DNA of 64,000 bases from Dehalococcoidia bacterium (GCA_965197645.1 OZ240219.1:192001-256000); one strand, 5' to 3'. Counted from the stretch's first letter, positions 19,279 to 30,339 are shown. Notes: generated from the letters alone by a model not told the origin. Numbers and translations are program-made.

Positions 19279-20316
19279 ATGCAGCAGATATCGATCATTG
19301 GACTGGGACTGATAGGCGGGTCTCTGGGTATGGCCCTCAAGAGTGCGGGCATGTCCGAGATCGAGATAGTCGGCCACGACGAGAACTGGAGGACCCTCTC
19401 CCGCGCAGAGAAGCTGCAGGCTATAGATCGGGGCGAACGGGAGCTGCACGTGGCGGTGCGGGGCGCCGACCTGATCATCATCGCTACCCCGATCCTCGCC
19501 GTTAAACAGGTCCTGCAGGACATTTCCCAGCAGCTTAAGGCCGATTGCGTGGTGACCGATACGGGAAGCACCAAGTCCCAGGTAGCGGCATGGGCTGACG
19601 AGTACCTACCCTCTTCCGTGGACTTCGTCGGCGGCCATCCGATGGCGGGCAAGGAGTACTCCGGCATAGAGGAGGCCGACCCGGACCTGTTCGTGGACGC
19701 CACCTACTGCTTGATCCCTTTGATCAAGACCTCCGGCAGAGCCGTCGAAATAGTGAGTGGTCTTGTCGAGAAGGTCGGAGCAATCCCGTATTACCCCAGC
19801 GCCGAAGAGCACGATGCCCTGGCCGCCGCGGTCAGCCACGTCCCGCTGGTGATGTCGTCGGCGTTGATATCGGCTACCTCCGAGTCGGCTTCGTGGCGAG
19901 AGCTATACACCATGGCCTCCAGCGGATTTCGGGACGTCACCCGGCTGGCTTCCTCCGATCCGATCATGGCCACCGATATCTGCATGACCAACGGCGAGGC
20001 TATCGGCCACTGGATAGACAGGATCATCCAGGAGCTTGAGCAGTACAAGAAGATGATCGGAGATGGCTCTACCGAGCTTCAGGACAACCTCATCAGCACC
20101 CAGACCGTCAGGGACAGGTGGGTCAATGGAGAGGACGTCTGGCCCCAGAAGGCCGGCCCGGAAGTTCCCGGCTTCAAGGACCAGATGACCGCCATGTTCC
20201 TCGGAGAGGCGCTGGCCAAGCGCACCAAGCAGATCCTGGATGTCCAGAGGCATCGTATGAATAATATGAGGATGCCCAAGTTCGATCCCGAGCAGGACGG
20301 AGACAAGAAGAAATGA
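19279..20316 (+). CDS. tyrA: prephenate/arogenate dehydrogenase
   Basis: GLGLIGGS, TDTGSTK, GGHPMAG, EEHD, SHVP, GFRDVTRLA. Confidence 0.93.
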   Translation: MQQISIIGLGLIGGSLGMALKSAGMSEIEIVGHDENWRTLSRAEKLQAIDRGERELHVAVRGADLIIIATPILAVKQVLQDISQQLKADCVVTDTGSTKSQVAAWADEYLPSSVDFVGGHPMAGKEYSGIEEADPDLFVDATYCLIPLIKTSGRAVEIVSGLVEKVGAIPYYPSAEEHDALAAAVSHVPLVMSSALISATSESASWRELYTMASSGFRDVTRLASSDPIMATDICMTNGEAIGHWIDRIIQELEQYKKMIGDGSTELQDNLISTQTVRDRWVNGEDVWPQKAGPEVPGFKDQMTAMFLGEALAKRTKQILDVQRHRMNNMRMPKFDPEQDGDKKK

Positions 20317-21605
20317 CCCGCCTGGTGAGACCCGCTCCGGGCCTCGCCGGTACAGTCGAGCCTCCGGGCGACAAGAGCATCTCTCACAGGGCCGTTATCC
20401 TCAACGCCATCGCCCACGGTGAGTCTCGGATAAGCAACTTCCTTCCCGCCGCCGATACCCTATCCACTATCAGCTGTCTCCAATCCCTGGGGGTGCAGTT
20501 CGAGGGCATCGATCTCGAAGCCGGAACTCTAACGGTCCGAGGCAACGGCATCGAAGGCCTCCACGAACCGGACCGGGTGCTGGACGCCGGAAACAGCGGC
20601 ACGACGATCCGGCTGCTGAGCGGTCTCCTCGCAGCGAGCCCCTTTTTCACCGTCATATCCGGAGATTCATCGCTCAACTCCCGGCCAATGGAGCGCCTTG
20701 TAAGACCGTTGCGGCAGATGGGGGCCGAGATTTGGGGTAGGAACCGCGGCGAAAAGGCCCCTCTTTCCATCAGCGGAGGGCAGCTGTCCGGTGTGGAGTA
20801 CTCGATGCCGGTAGCCAGTGCTCAGCTCAAATCGGCCCTGCTCATCGCCGGTCTGTTCGCCCGTGGGAACACTATCATCCACCAGCCTGCGCCGTCCCGA
20901 GACCATACCGACAGATTGGTCCGGTCCATGGGGGTCCGGGTTGCCAACGACAACGGCAGCCTTATCGTCCATCCCGGCCCCTTGACGTCCGTAGACGTTC
21001 AGGTTCCAGGCGACATCAGCTCCGCGGCCTACTGGCTTGTGGCGGGCACCATTCATCCGAATGCTAAAATCAGGGTGGTCCGTTCGGGGGTCAATCCCTC
21101 CAGGACCGGCATAATCGATGTGCTGCGAGCGATGGGAGCCAGGCTGCTGATCGGTCAGCCGTCAGTCAAGGGAGGGGAACCGACGGCCGACATTCAGGCG
21201 GAGAGCAGCGAGCTAGAGGGCGTCGAAATAGGAGGCGACCTGATCCCCAGGATCATCGACGAGCTTCCCCTGCTGGCCCTCGCCGCAACCCAGGCCAGGG
21301 GGAAGACTGTGATTCGAGACGCCGAAGAGCTTCGGGTCAAAGAGTCGGACAGGATCCAGTCCACGGCCCGTGAACTCTCCAAGCTGGGTGCGTGCATAGA
21401 GGAGACGCCCGACGGTATGATCATCCAGGGGCCTACCCCTCTGTCAGGAGGCCGGTGCGATAGCCACGGCGACCACCGGCTTGCCATGACCCTCGGGATC
21501 GCGGGCCTTATCTCCAAAGAGCCCGTCACCATAGAAAACCCTGATGCGGTGAACATCTCCTACCCGGACTTCTGGGACGAATTGGACAAGATGAGGGCGG
21601 CGTGA
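20313..21605 (+). CDS. aroA: 3-phosphoshikimate 1-carboxyvinyltransferase
   Basis: PGDKSISHR, GNSGTT, SAQLKS, RVKESDRI, DHRLAM. Confidence 0.97.
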   Translation: MTRLVRPAPGLAGTVEPPGDKSISHRAVILNAIAHGESRISNFLPAADTLSTISCLQSLGVQFEGIDLEAGTLTVRGNGIEGLHEPDRVLDAGNSGTTIRLLSGLLAASPFFTVISGDSSLNSRPMERLVRPLRQMGAEIWGRNRGEKAPLSISGGQLSGVEYSMPVASAQLKSALLIAGLFARGNTIIHQPAPSRDHTDRLVRSMGVRVANDNGSLIVHPGPLTSVDVQVPGDISSAAYWLVAGTIHPNAKIRVVRSGVNPSRTGIIDVLRAMGARLLIGQPSVKGGEPTADIQAESSELEGVEIGGDLIPRIIDELPLLALAATQARGKTVIRDAEELRVKESDRIQSTARELSKLGACIEETPDGMIIQGPTPLSGGRCDSHGDHRLAMTLGIAGLISKEPVTIENPDAVNISYPDFWDELDKMRAA

Positions 21606-21606
21606 G

Positions 21607-21882
21607 ATGCCGGAGCCGCTCCTCCACATCGGATTTCGGAACTACGTGCCCACGGGTAGGATAATAGCGGTGATGTCGCCCGATTCGTCACCTGTGAGAC
21701 GAATGATCCAGCAGGCCAAGGGCGAGCGGCTGATAGTAGATATGACCAGGGGAAGAAAGACCAAGACAGTGCTGGTGATGGACAGCGGACACGTCGTGCT
21801 GGCAGCCGTCGCCACCGAGACCATCGCCGGCAGGATGGCCAACCATCGTACGGCCCAAAGGACGACAAATGACCGGGAATGA
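21607..21882 (+). CDS. remA: RemA/DUF370 family protein
   Basis: HIGF.N....RIIAV.SPDSSP.RR, D.T.GRKT, HVVL; upstream of gmk. Confidence 0.88.
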   Translation: MPEPLLHIGFRNYVPTGRIIAVMSPDSSPVRRMIQQAKGERLIVDMTRGRKTKTVLVMDSGHVVLAAVATETIAGRMANHRTAQRTTNDRE

Positions 21883-22498
21883 GACGAAGAGTGATCAGGA
21901 GGGCGCCGAGTCTCCTCTGCTCCTAGTCCTGTCGGGGCCGTCCGGGGTGGGAAAGGACACGGTGATGTCCATGCTGCTCGACGCGGACACCCGCCTGCGA
22001 AGGGTCACGACGGTCACCACCCGGACCGTCAGACCGGGCGAGGTGGAAGGCCAGGACTACTTCTTCGTTTCGATGGAGCGCTTCGAGGGGATGGTCCAGG
22101 ACGGCGACCTGCTGGAGCACGCCCTGGTCTACGGACAACGGTACGGTGTGCCCAGGGAGCAGGTGTCGAGCATCCTGGACCAGGGGTTCGATGCCCTCTT
22201 GCACACGGATGTCCAGGGAGCGGCTACCATCAAGCAGCTGGCCCCGGAGGGTCTGTTCATCTTTCTCGCTCCCGCCTCGATCAAAGAGCTATCGCTGCGA
22301 CTCCAGATGCGTCATGGCGGACCTGGTGAAGACAACGAGCACCGGCTGATCATGGCCCGCAAGGAGATGGAGTCTCGGAGTATGTTCGACCACGTGGTGA
22401 CCAATCTAGAGGGCGAATTGGAACGTACAGTCGCCGAGATACGGTCGATCCTGGACTCGGAGCGAAACCGGCGGCCACCCAGGCAGGTGACGTTGTAA
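21869..22498 (+). CDS. gmk: guanylate kinase
   Basis: SGPSGVGK, TTR..RPGE..G.DY.F, YG, DVQGA. Confidence 0.95.
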   Translation: MTGNETKSDQEGAESPLLLVLSGPSGVGKDTVMSMLLDADTRLRRVTTVTTRTVRPGEVEGQDYFFVSMERFEGMVQDGDLLEHALVYGQRYGVPREQVSSILDQGFDALLHTDVQGAATIKQLAPEGLFIFLAPASIKELSLRLQMRHGGPGEDNEHRLIMARKEMESRSMFDHVVTNLEGELERTVAEIRSILDSERNRRPPRQVTL

Positions 22499-22532
22499 GG
22501 TTGTGAAGTGGAGGAGCGCAGGACAGGACTGA

Positions 22533-22631
22533 TGGCGGGAGCGGGAGGGAGTCGAACCCACCGTGGACGCCGAAGGGAGCCCACCGGACGGATTTGAAGT
22601 CCGCGGAGCCCACCGGGACCCATCCGCTCCC
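22533..22631 (-). tRNA. selC: tRNA-Sec (UCA)
   Basis: 99 nt; 8-bp acceptor GGGAGCGG/CCGCTCCC, 6-bp D stem, loop CT-TCA-AA, long variable arm, TTCGACT, G discriminator plus CCA. Confidence 0.95.
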
Positions 22632-22701
22632 AAACCGGGGAAGCGCCGATAGATTCTAACACAGAGACCCCGGAATGACGGTCATCAGTCCAAGTCGACA
22701 G

Positions 22702-22746
22702 AAAAAGGCCGGGAGGAGGAGAGCTTCCTCGGTTCCCGGCCTTCTT
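22702..22746 (-). terminator. intrinsic terminator after trxA
   Basis: AAGGCCGGGA/TCCCGGCCTT stem followed by a T5 run on the minus strand. Confidence 0.6.
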
Positions 22747-22767
22747 ACTGTTCCGGTTTACGTCGGA

Positions 22768-23094
22768 CTAGCTCAAAAGGGCGTCGACCCGCTTCTTGAG
22801 CTCCTTCTTGGGGACTGCACCCACAACCGTATCGGCTATCTCGCCGTCTTTGAACAGCAAGATGGTTGGGATGCTTCTGATCCTGTACTGCATAGTAATG
22901 TTCGGCGCCTCGTCGACGTTGAGCTTGGTGAATACCATCTGGCCGTCATACTCCTGGGACAGCTCCTCGACGATGGGCGCTACCATGCGGCAAGGACCGC
23001 ACCAGGGCGCCCAAAAGTCCACCAGCGCGGGCTTGGCGGAATCCACAACCTCCACCTGAAAGGTGTCGTCCCCTACCTCAAAAGGCTCTGCCAT
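22768..23094 (-). CDS. trxA: thioredoxin
   Basis: DFWAPWCGPC, IRSIPT. Confidence 0.96.
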   Translation of the reverse strand: MAEPFEVGDDTFQVEVVDSAKPALVDFWAPWCGPCRMVAPIVEELSQEYDGQMVFTKLNVDEAPNITMQYRIRSIPTILLFKDGEIADTVVGAVPKKELKKRVDALLS

Positions 23095-23166
23095 GAAGAC
23101 CTCCCTGTAACTACTCTCGAATGGGTGAATACTGTACCAATTATAACACCTCGACGGAAGGGGACG

Positions 23167-24579
23167 TTAGTACCCTGGGAAGGAAGTCAGGACCGTATCG
23201 ACGGCTTCGCCGGTCTGTCCGATGATCACAAGCACACGATCTTCGAGCCTGCTCAGATAGACGTTGTTGTCCGCCGCCTCCCACCACCGACGCTGAGCAT
23301 CCCCCAGGCCCAACGTCCATTCGCCGACGCTCTTACTATCGATGTACTCGGCGTAGGCTTGGAAGAACTGGATAGCGTCGGTCTCGGTGTCCCACGCCGA
23401 TAGGATTGTCAGCAGCCGCTCGCCGGTCGATTCATCCTGTACCAGCCGATACCGATCACCTCCCCAGCCCTCGCTCGCCCTGGAGGCCTGGAAAGGGCTC
23501 AACTGGTTCTCGAGATAGATGGTCAACACGAACTCGCCGAGCACCCCGGCATCCAGCAGCGTCCATGTTTCGCCAAGTGTTGGCGCCAGCTCGGGGACGG
23601 AGACCGATATGGGGGCGTCTCGTTCTATGTATTTCTCCGGATGGAGTATCTGCTCCGTAGACTGGGGAGGGTCCTGATAGGCTGCGTCTACAGCTTCCCA
23701 GCTACCGCCTTGGAACAGGGCGTATACGAACTCCGATCCTTGTACATAGGGAAAGGCTAATTCCTCCCGCAGGATCCTGGCCGGTTCTTCGAAGGCAGTG
23801 TCGGCCTGCGTTGGCACTCGCTCCTCCCAAGTCAAGTGCTTCCTGATGTAATCCCAGGTCAACAGAGACGCATCTCCCTCGACTAGGGCGCGCCTGGCTT
23901 GGTCCATATCGTAGTTGTCACTGTCTTCGGGCAGGAAGAGGTCCAGATCGAAGTGCTGGTCCTGGAGCCCGTGGACCAGCTCGTGAGCGAAGGTGGACTT
24001 GGAGTTGAAGTCCAGCTGTGGGCCGTCGTTGGATACGAACATCTCCTCCGTGCCGTCATCGTAGAAGCCCACCACCTGTCCGGAATAGAGATCTGAGACC
24101 ATCTGAAATAGGTCGTCGTCTTCATCGAGGAAATCGAGGGCGAGGTACAGCTGCTGGAGGATGGCCGCGTCTTCGGCGGTGAACCACTTGGCGATAATCT
24201 CCTCTATCAGGTCGGCAAGCTCTTCGCTGGTCACGAGATTGATGAGCGGGTCTTCCAGGACCTCAAGGCCGCGCAACTCGGACACCTGAGCCGTTATCAA
24301 CTTCAGCTCCGCTTCCACCCGAGCGTCCGGGTCCACCGGAGGGCCTTCACCCCACGGGCCCGGGGTGGGCGTGGGAGTCGGTACAGGGGTGGGCGTTTCT
24401 GTTGGAAATGGGATGTGAGGCTCCTGTTGCTGGGTTGCCGTTGTCGGGATCGGAGTGGGAGACGACGCGGGTTGAGTGGAAAGGGGTGTAACAGTGGGGT
24501 CCGCGTTCTGATCTGACCCACAGGACGTCAGCACCAGTAGAGCCGCCATCAGCAACGATATTGCTACGATGAATTTCAA
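23167..24579 (-). CDS. lipoprotein with zincin-like HExxH motif (putative metallopeptidase)
   Basis: lipobox LTSCG, Pro/Thr linker, GFYD, AHELVHGLQDQHF, EGDA, FPY..G, STEQILHP. Confidence 0.75.
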   Translation of the reverse strand: MKFIVAISLLMAALLVLTSCGSDQNADPTVTPLSTQPASSPTPIPTTATQQQEPHIPFPTETPTPVPTPTPTPGPWGEGPPVDPDARVEAELKLITAQVSELRGLEVLEDPLINLVTSEELADLIEEIIAKWFTAEDAAILQQLYLALDFLDEDDDLFQMVSDLYSGQVVGFYDDGTEEMFVSNDGPQLDFNSKSTFAHELVHGLQDQHFDLDLFLPEDSDNYDMDQARRALVEGDASLLTWDYIRKHLTWEERVPTQADTAFEEPARILREELAFPYVQGSEFVYALFQGGSWEAVDAAYQDPPQSTEQILHPEKYIERDAPISVSVPELAPTLGETWTLLDAGVLGEFVLTIYLENQLSPFQASRASEGWGGDRYRLVQDESTGERLLTILSAWDTETDAIQFFQAYAEYIDSKSVGEWTLGLGDAQRRWWEAADNNVYLSRLEDRVLVIIGQTGEAVDTVLTSFPGY

Positions 24580-24635
24580 GGCGATCTAGCTATTCCTTCA
24601 AATATAACAACGCTGATCGGCCGCCGAGGAAAGGA

Positions 24636-25244
24636 CTAAGTGAAATAGGCCAGACCGGTCATCACCCCACCGGCTGCCAGGGGAACGGTCAGGTTGTCGT
24701 CGGGAGGCAGGGCAACCAACTCGATCAGCGCACCGACTGCCGCTCCCAGCAGCACTGCCGAGAAGGGGATGTCGGCACCGCCCCCCACCACCAGGCCACC
24801 AACCACCAGAGAGGCCACCATGAACCCGAGGGTCCCCTCCAGGGACTTCCTACCTATCTTGATCCTCCCCAGCCTCTCACCGATCACGGCTGCGAAGGGG
24901 TCGCCGACGGCCAGGAAAAGAAGGGCCAGAATCGCCACGTACTTATCGAAGGCCAGAAACGCCACCAGGGTGGAGGCCAGGAGGTAGGTGCTGCCAAGCC
25001 ACCGGCCGCGTTCCTCCCGTTTCAACAGCACCGAGAAGTGAGCTAAGAACCAATCGTTGAGAGCGGCACTGCGACTTCTGGCCAGCTCCAGCACAACCGC
25101 AACCGTGACGCCCAGGGCGGCTACCGAAACAACCAGCCAGACCGGGACTATCAACGCTCCCAGGGGCAGGACTGAGGCGGACACCAGGTGGAAGACCCGG
25201 CGCTCCAGCCTCGCGACCGGGCGCCTATCGGTCTTCTTCAGCAC
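24636..25244 (-). CDS. CTP-dependent polyprenol/phytol/diacylglycerol kinase family
   Basis: RR.FH, GDPFAA..G, KSLEGT, DDNLTVP; multi-TM. Confidence 0.85.
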   Translation of the reverse strand: MLKKTDRRPVARLERRVFHLVSASVLPLGALIVPVWLVVSVAALGVTVAVVLELARSRSAALNDWFLAHFSVLLKREERGRWLGSTYLLASTLVAFLAFDKYVAILALLFLAVGDPFAAVIGERLGRIKIGRKSLEGTLGFMVASLVVGGLVVGGGADIPFSAVLLGAAVGALIELVALPPDDNLTVPLAAGGVMTGLAYFT

Positions 25245-25274
25245 GCAAGCCTGCTTGACGGATGGACCGGAGGG

Positions 25275-25673
25275 TCATGAGGAGCGGGAGGAGCCGTTCT
25301 CTCTTTTCCCGTCGTAGTCAGCCAGGGCGCTTTTCACGGCGTCGGCGGCTAGGACGCTGCAGTGGAGCTTTCCGGAAGGCAGCCCGTCGATAGCGTCGGC
25401 CAGGTCTCTTCGGGTGATCTGTCCGGCCTGCACTATGCTGGCGCCGGTGAGCAGCTCGGTTGCGACGCTGCTGGTAGCGATGGCGGCACTGCACCCCTTG
25501 GTCTGGAACCTGACGGCGGTTATAACATCATCGTCTATTTTGAGATAGAGGGTGGTTGTATCGCCACAGGCGTCGTTGCGCTCCCGGCCTATCGCATCGG
25601 CGTCTTCGATCACGCCGACGTTACGAGGATTGGTGAAGTGGTCTATCAGCTTCTCGCTATAGCCTCTAGGCAT
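25275..25673 (-). CDS. iscU: Fe-S cluster scaffold IscU/NifU
   Basis: YSEK..DHF.NPRNVG, CGD, GC.AAIA, K.HCS.LA. Confidence 0.93.
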   Translation of the reverse strand: MPRGYSEKLIDHFTNPRNVGVIEDADAIGRERNDACGDTTTLYLKIDDDVITAVRFQTKGCSAAIATSSVATELLTGASIVQAGQITRRDLADAIDGLPSGKLHCSVLAADAVKSALADYDGKRENGSSRSS

Positions 25674-25685
25674 GGCAACTCCGAC

Positions 25686-26873
25686 TCAGCTAGCTGCTTG
25701 GGCCACTCCGGATACAGCCCGCAGGCGTTGGACAAGTCCGGGAAGAACGTCGAGCACCTTATCGATATCTTCGTTGTCGTTGCTGCGGCCCACGGTGAGA
25801 CGCAGGCTCCCGACGGCTTGCTCGGCCGGTACGCCCATGGCGCTGAGCACGTGGGACGGCTCCACCGAACCGGAGGTGCAGGCGCTGCCGCTGGAGGCGG
25901 CGATCCCTTCCAGGTCGAGGCCCAGCAGGACAGATTCGCCCTCCACCCCGTCGAAGCAGAAGTTGACGTTGTTGGGCAGCCGCTCCACCGGGTGGCCGTT
26001 CAGGTGGGCGCTGCCGATCAGCCGGGGAATGCCTTCAATCAAACGGTCCCTGAGCCTACGGCAATGTTGGTTGTAGGAGTCCCGCTCCTCTTCCGCCAGC
26101 CGCAGGGCCTCGGCGCATCCAACCACCAGGGGTATGTTCTCGGTGCCAGCCCGACGGTTCCGCTCCTGGCTGCCGCCGTGCTGCTGGGGCATGAAGGGCG
26201 TCCCTTTCCTAAGGTACAGGACGCCGACACCCTTGGGTCCGTAGAACTTGTGGGCGCCCAGCGTCAACATGTCTACGCCGAGCCGGCCCACGTTCAGGTC
26301 CAGCACACCGCCAGCCTGGGTTGCATCGGTGTGGACTATGATGTCTCGCTTGAGGCCCCGAGCCCGGTCTTTGACCGCCGCAGCCAGCTCCGGCATGGGC
26401 TGGATGGTGCCGACCTCGTTGTTCGCCAGGATGATGGAGACCAGAACCGTCCTTTCCGTGATCGCCGATGCCAGGTCATCCGGGTCGACGGCGCCGTACC
26501 GGTCGACGGGTAGGTGGGTGATCTCGTATCCCAGGTCCTCCATGAACTCGCAGGCGTGGAGCACGGCGTGGTGCTCGACGCTGGTGGTGATAATGTGGTT
26601 GCCGCTCTGTCGAAGGGCCAACGCGCCGCCCTTGATGGCGGTATTGTCCGACTCGGTAGCGCCGCCGGTGAAAATGATCTCGGTCGGCTGGCACCCCAAC
26701 GCCTCGGCCACCGTGTCCCGGGCGTCCTCCAGGCCTTGCTGGCTTCGCTGGGACAGGGAATAAACGCCGGACGGGTTGCCGAAGTTGTCAGTGAAGTAGG
26801 GCACCATCGCATCGACTACCCGGGGGTCGACCGGAGTCGTGGCTGCGTGGTCCAGGTAGATTACGTCTTTCAT
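25686..26873 (-). CDS. iscS: cysteine desulfurase
   Basis: [30 protein letters not shown]. Confidence 0.95.
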   Translation of the reverse strand: MKDVIYLDHAATTPVDPRVVDAMVPYFTDNFGNPSGVYSLSQRSQQGLEDARDTVAEALGCQPTEIIFTGGATESDNTAIKGGALALRQSGNHIITTSVEHHAVLHACEFMEDLGYEITHLPVDRYGAVDPDDLASAITERTVLVSIILANNEVGTIQPMPELAAAVKDRARGLKRDIIVHTDATQAGGVLDLNVGRLGVDMLTLGAHKFYGPKGVGVLYLRKGTPFMPQQHGGSQERNRRAGTENIPLVVGCAEALRLAEEERDSYNQHCRRLRDRLIEGIPRLIGSAHLNGHPVERLPNNVNFCFDGVEGESVLLGLDLEGIAASSGSACTSGSVEPSHVLSAMGVPAEQAVGSLRLTVGRSNDNEDIDKVLDVLPGLVQRLRAVSGVAQAAS

Positions 26874-27817
26874 CGGCCCCGAGCGAGTCCCATAAGAGTT
26901 TCCCGTTTTAACACGCCCACCAACAATCCGTTACGCATTACCATCACCTCTCGAGCGCCCTTTTCGTCCATCTCCTCGACTACCCGGTTGAGGTTCTCAG
27001 TATAGTCGACCGTCAATCCCCCGGCGACGGGCTGAGTGGCCAGGGGAAGAGGCGTCATTAGGTCTGCCAGATCGCGTCCGCGAAGAGCCTCTTTGAGCAT
27101 GGTCTGCCGGGCGTTGGTCATGGCGGCCGCATTCAGGAACAGGCCGATGAACATCAGCCACACCCCGCTCACCCACTCACCCTCCCATATTGATAGGTAC
27201 ACACCCCCGGCGATCATCAGATAGGCGATGCCCCGCCCCACCCAGGCCGATATTATAGTGGCCTTCCGGTAGTTGCTGGTGATGGTCCAGACCACCGATC
27301 GGAAGACACGGCCGCCATCCAGGGGGAACCCCGGTAGCATGTTGAAGACCGCTAGCGATACGTTGATCACGGCCAGCCAGCCCGCTACGGCGCCCACCCA
27401 TTCATTCAGCGGGTCGACGAAATAGTAGACCAGGTAGAAGGCGCCGGCGAGAACCAGGCTGCTGAGTGGACCGGCCAGTGCAATTACCGCCTCCACTCGT
27501 GGGCGTTCGGCCTCTTTGGCGATCTGCGCCACGCCACCGAAGATGAACAGGGTGATGCTCTTCACAGGAATCTTATGTCGCAGGGCCACCAGCGCGTGGG
27601 AGAGCTCGTGGAGCACCACCGAAGCAAAGAACAACAGGGTAGTAACGGCGGCAACCAGCCAGTATTCGAACGTGGACCAACGAGGATGGGTGGACGGGAA
27701 CTGGTTCATAGCCAGGATGGTGATGACCAGCCCGAATATGACCAGCCAGGTGTAGTTGATCCTGAAGGGGATTCCGAACATTCTGAATAGGGTGATAGAG
27801 CTTGCCATGACCATCAT
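26870..27817 (-). CDS. site-2 (M50) membrane metalloprotease with degenerate CBS tail
   Basis: [29 protein letters not shown]. Confidence 0.92.
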   Translation of the reverse strand: MMVMASSITLFRMFGIPFRINYTWLVIFGLVITILAMNQFPSTHPRWSTFEYWLVAAVTTLLFFASVVLHELSHALVALRHKIPVKSITLFIFGGVAQIAKEAERPRVEAVIALAGPLSSLVLAGAFYLVYYFVDPLNEWVGAVAGWLAVINVSLAVFNMLPGFPLDGGRVFRSVVWTITSNYRKATIISAWVGRGIAYLMIAGGVYLSIWEGEWVSGVWLMFIGLFLNAAAMTNARQTMLKEALRGRDLADLMTPLPLATQPVAGGLTVDYTENLNRVVEEMDEKGAREVMVMRNGLLVGVLKRETLMGLARGR

Positions 27818-27932
27818 CGTGATACGGCGTTGGTAAACATATTATAGCCCAAGCGGTCGAATGCGGTTGTGCTATACTTCCGCCAATTGGCGGAGTATAC
27901 GGACTAGGGGCCGGGTATCGGGACCGAGGGCT

Positions 27933-29162
27933 ATGAAATCAGAGATCGTCTCCATAGGCACCGAGATACTCCTGGGTGAGATAACCGATACCAACGCCCC
28001 CTTCATCGCCTCTCAGTTGCCCTTCCTGGGCATTGACCTGTACTGGATACACCAGGTAGGCGACAACCAGAACCGGCTGGCCGAGGTGCTGGCCCAGGGG
28101 CTGTCTCGGTCCGATATCATCATCACCACCGGAGGCCTCGGACCCACCCAGGACGATGTGACACGGGAAGCCATCGCCCAGCTCATGGGTGAGGAGATGA
28201 AGCTGGACCCCGATCTGGAGAAGCAGTTGAGGGCCATGTTCTCCGAGCGGTCCTACACGATGCCGGAGACCAACCTCAAGCAGGCCTGCCTCATCGAGTC
28301 CAGCAAGCCCATCCCCAACCCTCGAGGCACCGCCCCCGGATGGTGGGTCGAGCGGACCGGCAAGATGATCATAGCCATGCCCGGCCCGCCCAGCGAGATG
28401 CAGCGGATGTGGAACAAGGAGGTGGAGCCCAAGCTGAAGACGATGGTCAGCCAAGGGGTGATTTCCTCCCGGACGATCAAGACCTTCGGCATTGGCGAAG
28501 GCAGCGTCGACGAGATGGTATCGTCCCTCCTGTCTTCCACCAACCCGACCATAGGGGTCTACGCCAAGATCGACGGCATACATATCCGCGTCACCTCCAA
28601 GGCCGATAACGAGGAGGAGGCCGAGAGCCTGCTCAAAGGGATGGAAGACAAGGTCCTGGATATCATGGGCGACAGCGTTTGGGGAGCGGACGAGGACACG
28701 CTGGAGACCAACGTGGGGAAACTGCTGCTCGATAAGGGCAAGACGGTGGCCGCAATGGAATCGTGCACCGGCGGACTGGTAGCCAGCACCATCACCGACG
28801 TCCCAGGCAGCTCCGACTATTTCAAGGGCGGGGTAGTTGCCTACACCAACGAGATCAAAATGGCCAACGGAGTCGACCGGGAGATAATCGACGCCCACGG
28901 GGCCATCAGCGCCCCGACAGCCGAGGCCATGGCCATATCTTGCCGGGAACGGTTCGGGGCCGATTACGGGGTCAGCGTAACCGGAGCAGCAGGCCCCGAC
29001 CCCAGCGAAGGCCACCCTCCCGGCACGATGTACGTGGGCATATCCAGCGCTGAGAAGACCGAGACGTTCAGCCCAGAGGTCTATGGCAACCGGCCTCTGA
29101 TGAAACAGCGAGCGGCGATAGCGGTCCTGTTCCAGCTTCAACGGCTGCTCCAGGCACAGTAA
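27933..29162 (+). CDS. cinA: CinA (MocF domain plus NMN deamidase PncC)
   Basis: GTEILLG..DTN, GGLGPT.DD, GTAPG, ESCTGG, PGSS.YF.GG. Confidence 0.94.
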   Translation: MKSEIVSIGTEILLGEITDTNAPFIASQLPFLGIDLYWIHQVGDNQNRLAEVLAQGLSRSDIIITTGGLGPTQDDVTREAIAQLMGEEMKLDPDLEKQLRAMFSERSYTMPETNLKQACLIESSKPIPNPRGTAPGWWVERTGKMIIAMPGPPSEMQRMWNKEVEPKLKTMVSQGVISSRTIKTFGIGEGSVDEMVSSLLSSTNPTIGVYAKIDGIHIRVTSKADNEEEAESLLKGMEDKVLDIMGDSVWGADEDTLETNVGKLLLDKGKTVAAMESCTGGLVASTITDVPGSSDYFKGGVVAYTNEIKMANGVDREIIDAHGAISAPTAEAMAISCRERFGADYGVSVTGAAGPDPSEGHPPGTMYVGISSAEKTETFSPEVYGNRPLMKQRAAIAVLFQLQRLLQAQ

Positions 29163-29238
29163 CCGCCGTCGACCCACGCTCCGGTCGAAGCGAGACTCCG
29201 TAAGACAGGCTACGCCACATCAGTCGAGGGAGGACACC

Positions 29239-30339
29239 ATGCTCACCAAAGCCGCAGTCCTGTACGAATACAACGAGCCCATGGTGATAGAGGAGCTGGA
29301 GCTGGACCCACCGAAACGCAACGAGGTCCGGGTGGATATCGGTTCTGCGGGCATATGTCGTAGCGACTACCACTTCATGAAAGGCGAAGCCCAAGCTCCC
29401 TTGCCCATAGTCCTGGGCCACGAAGGCTCCGGCACCATCGACAAGGTGGGCGAAGGGGTGACATCGGTCAAAGAGGGAGACAAGGTGGCCCTCTCCTTCG
29501 TTTCCAACTGCGGCAGGTGCGAGTTCTGCGCCAAGGGCCATCCCAGCCTGTGCCTAGAGAGAGCCGCCCACTCGACGACGATGTTCGACGGGACGAACAG
29601 GCTCCGCAAGGGAGACCAGGGCATTCGCCAGTTCGCCCAGCTGGCCTGCTTCGCCGATAAGGCCGTGGTGCCCGAAGCGGCCTGCATTCCCATGCCTGAC
29701 GGCGTTCCCAGCGAGATAGCCGCCCTGATAGGGTGCTCTACCACCACGGGCGTGGGGGCGGTCCTGGTCAAGGCCAACGTGCAACCGGGCGACACCGTCG
29801 CAGTGGTGGGCTGCGGAGGAGTAGGTCTGAACGTCCTGATGGGCGCCCGGCTGGCCCAGGCGAAGCAGATCATCGCCGTGGATACCGACGAGGGGAAGCT
29901 GGAGTTCGCCATGAAGTTCGGTGCCACCCACTCGGTAAATCCGTCCCACCAGGACGCCGTGGCCCAGGTTCAGGAGCTGACGGGAGGACGGGGCGTCGAT
30001 TACTCCTTCGAGGTGTACGGGTCCGGGGAGACGGTGGAAATGGCCTACAGCATGGCCAGGACGGGAGGCACTGCGGTGATCATCGGCATTGCTCCCCTTG
30101 GCGAGGTAGCGCCCATTGATGCCATGACCATAGTGCGGCAGGAAAAGACCCTGACGGGCACCTACTACGGCTCGGTGAGAATGAACCTGGACATGCCGAG
30201 GATCGCAGACCTGTACCTTTCGGGCAAGCTGGACCTGGACGAGCTGGTGACCCGCAGGTACTCGCTGGAGCAGATCAACGAGGCCTATGAGGACCTGGAC
30301 CGGGGTGAGGTGGGCCGAGGTCTCATCACCCAGTTCTAG
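29239..30339 (+). CDS. Zn-dependent alcohol dehydrogenase (MDR)
   Basis: GICRSD, GHEG, CGRCEFC...C, GCGGVG. Confidence 0.93.
   Translation: MLTKAAVLYEYNEPMVIEELELDPPKRNEVRVDIGSAGICRSDYHFMKGEAQAPLPIVLGHEGSGTIDKVGEGVTSVKEGDKVALSFVSNCGRCEFCAKGHPSLCLERAAHSTTMFDGTNRLRKGDQGIRQFAQLACFADKAVVPEAACIPMPDGVPSEIAALIGCSTTTGVGAVLVKANVQPGDTVAVVGCGGVGLNVLMGARLAQAKQIIAVDTDEGKLEFAMKFGATHSVNPSHQDAVAQVQELTGGRGVDYSFEVYGSGETVEMAYSMARTGGTAVIIGIAPLGEVAPIDAMTIVRQEKTLTGTYYGSVRMNLDMPRIADLYLSGKLDLDELVTRRYSLEQINEAYEDLDRGEVGRGLITQF

Noticed and set aside
24636-25673. iscU and the polyprenol kinase are in the same frame separated only by a TGA (possible Sec read-through fusion)
   Set aside because: The TGA lies in a non-conserved tail, not at a Cys position; no clear SECIS; same-frame adjacency arises by chance one time in three
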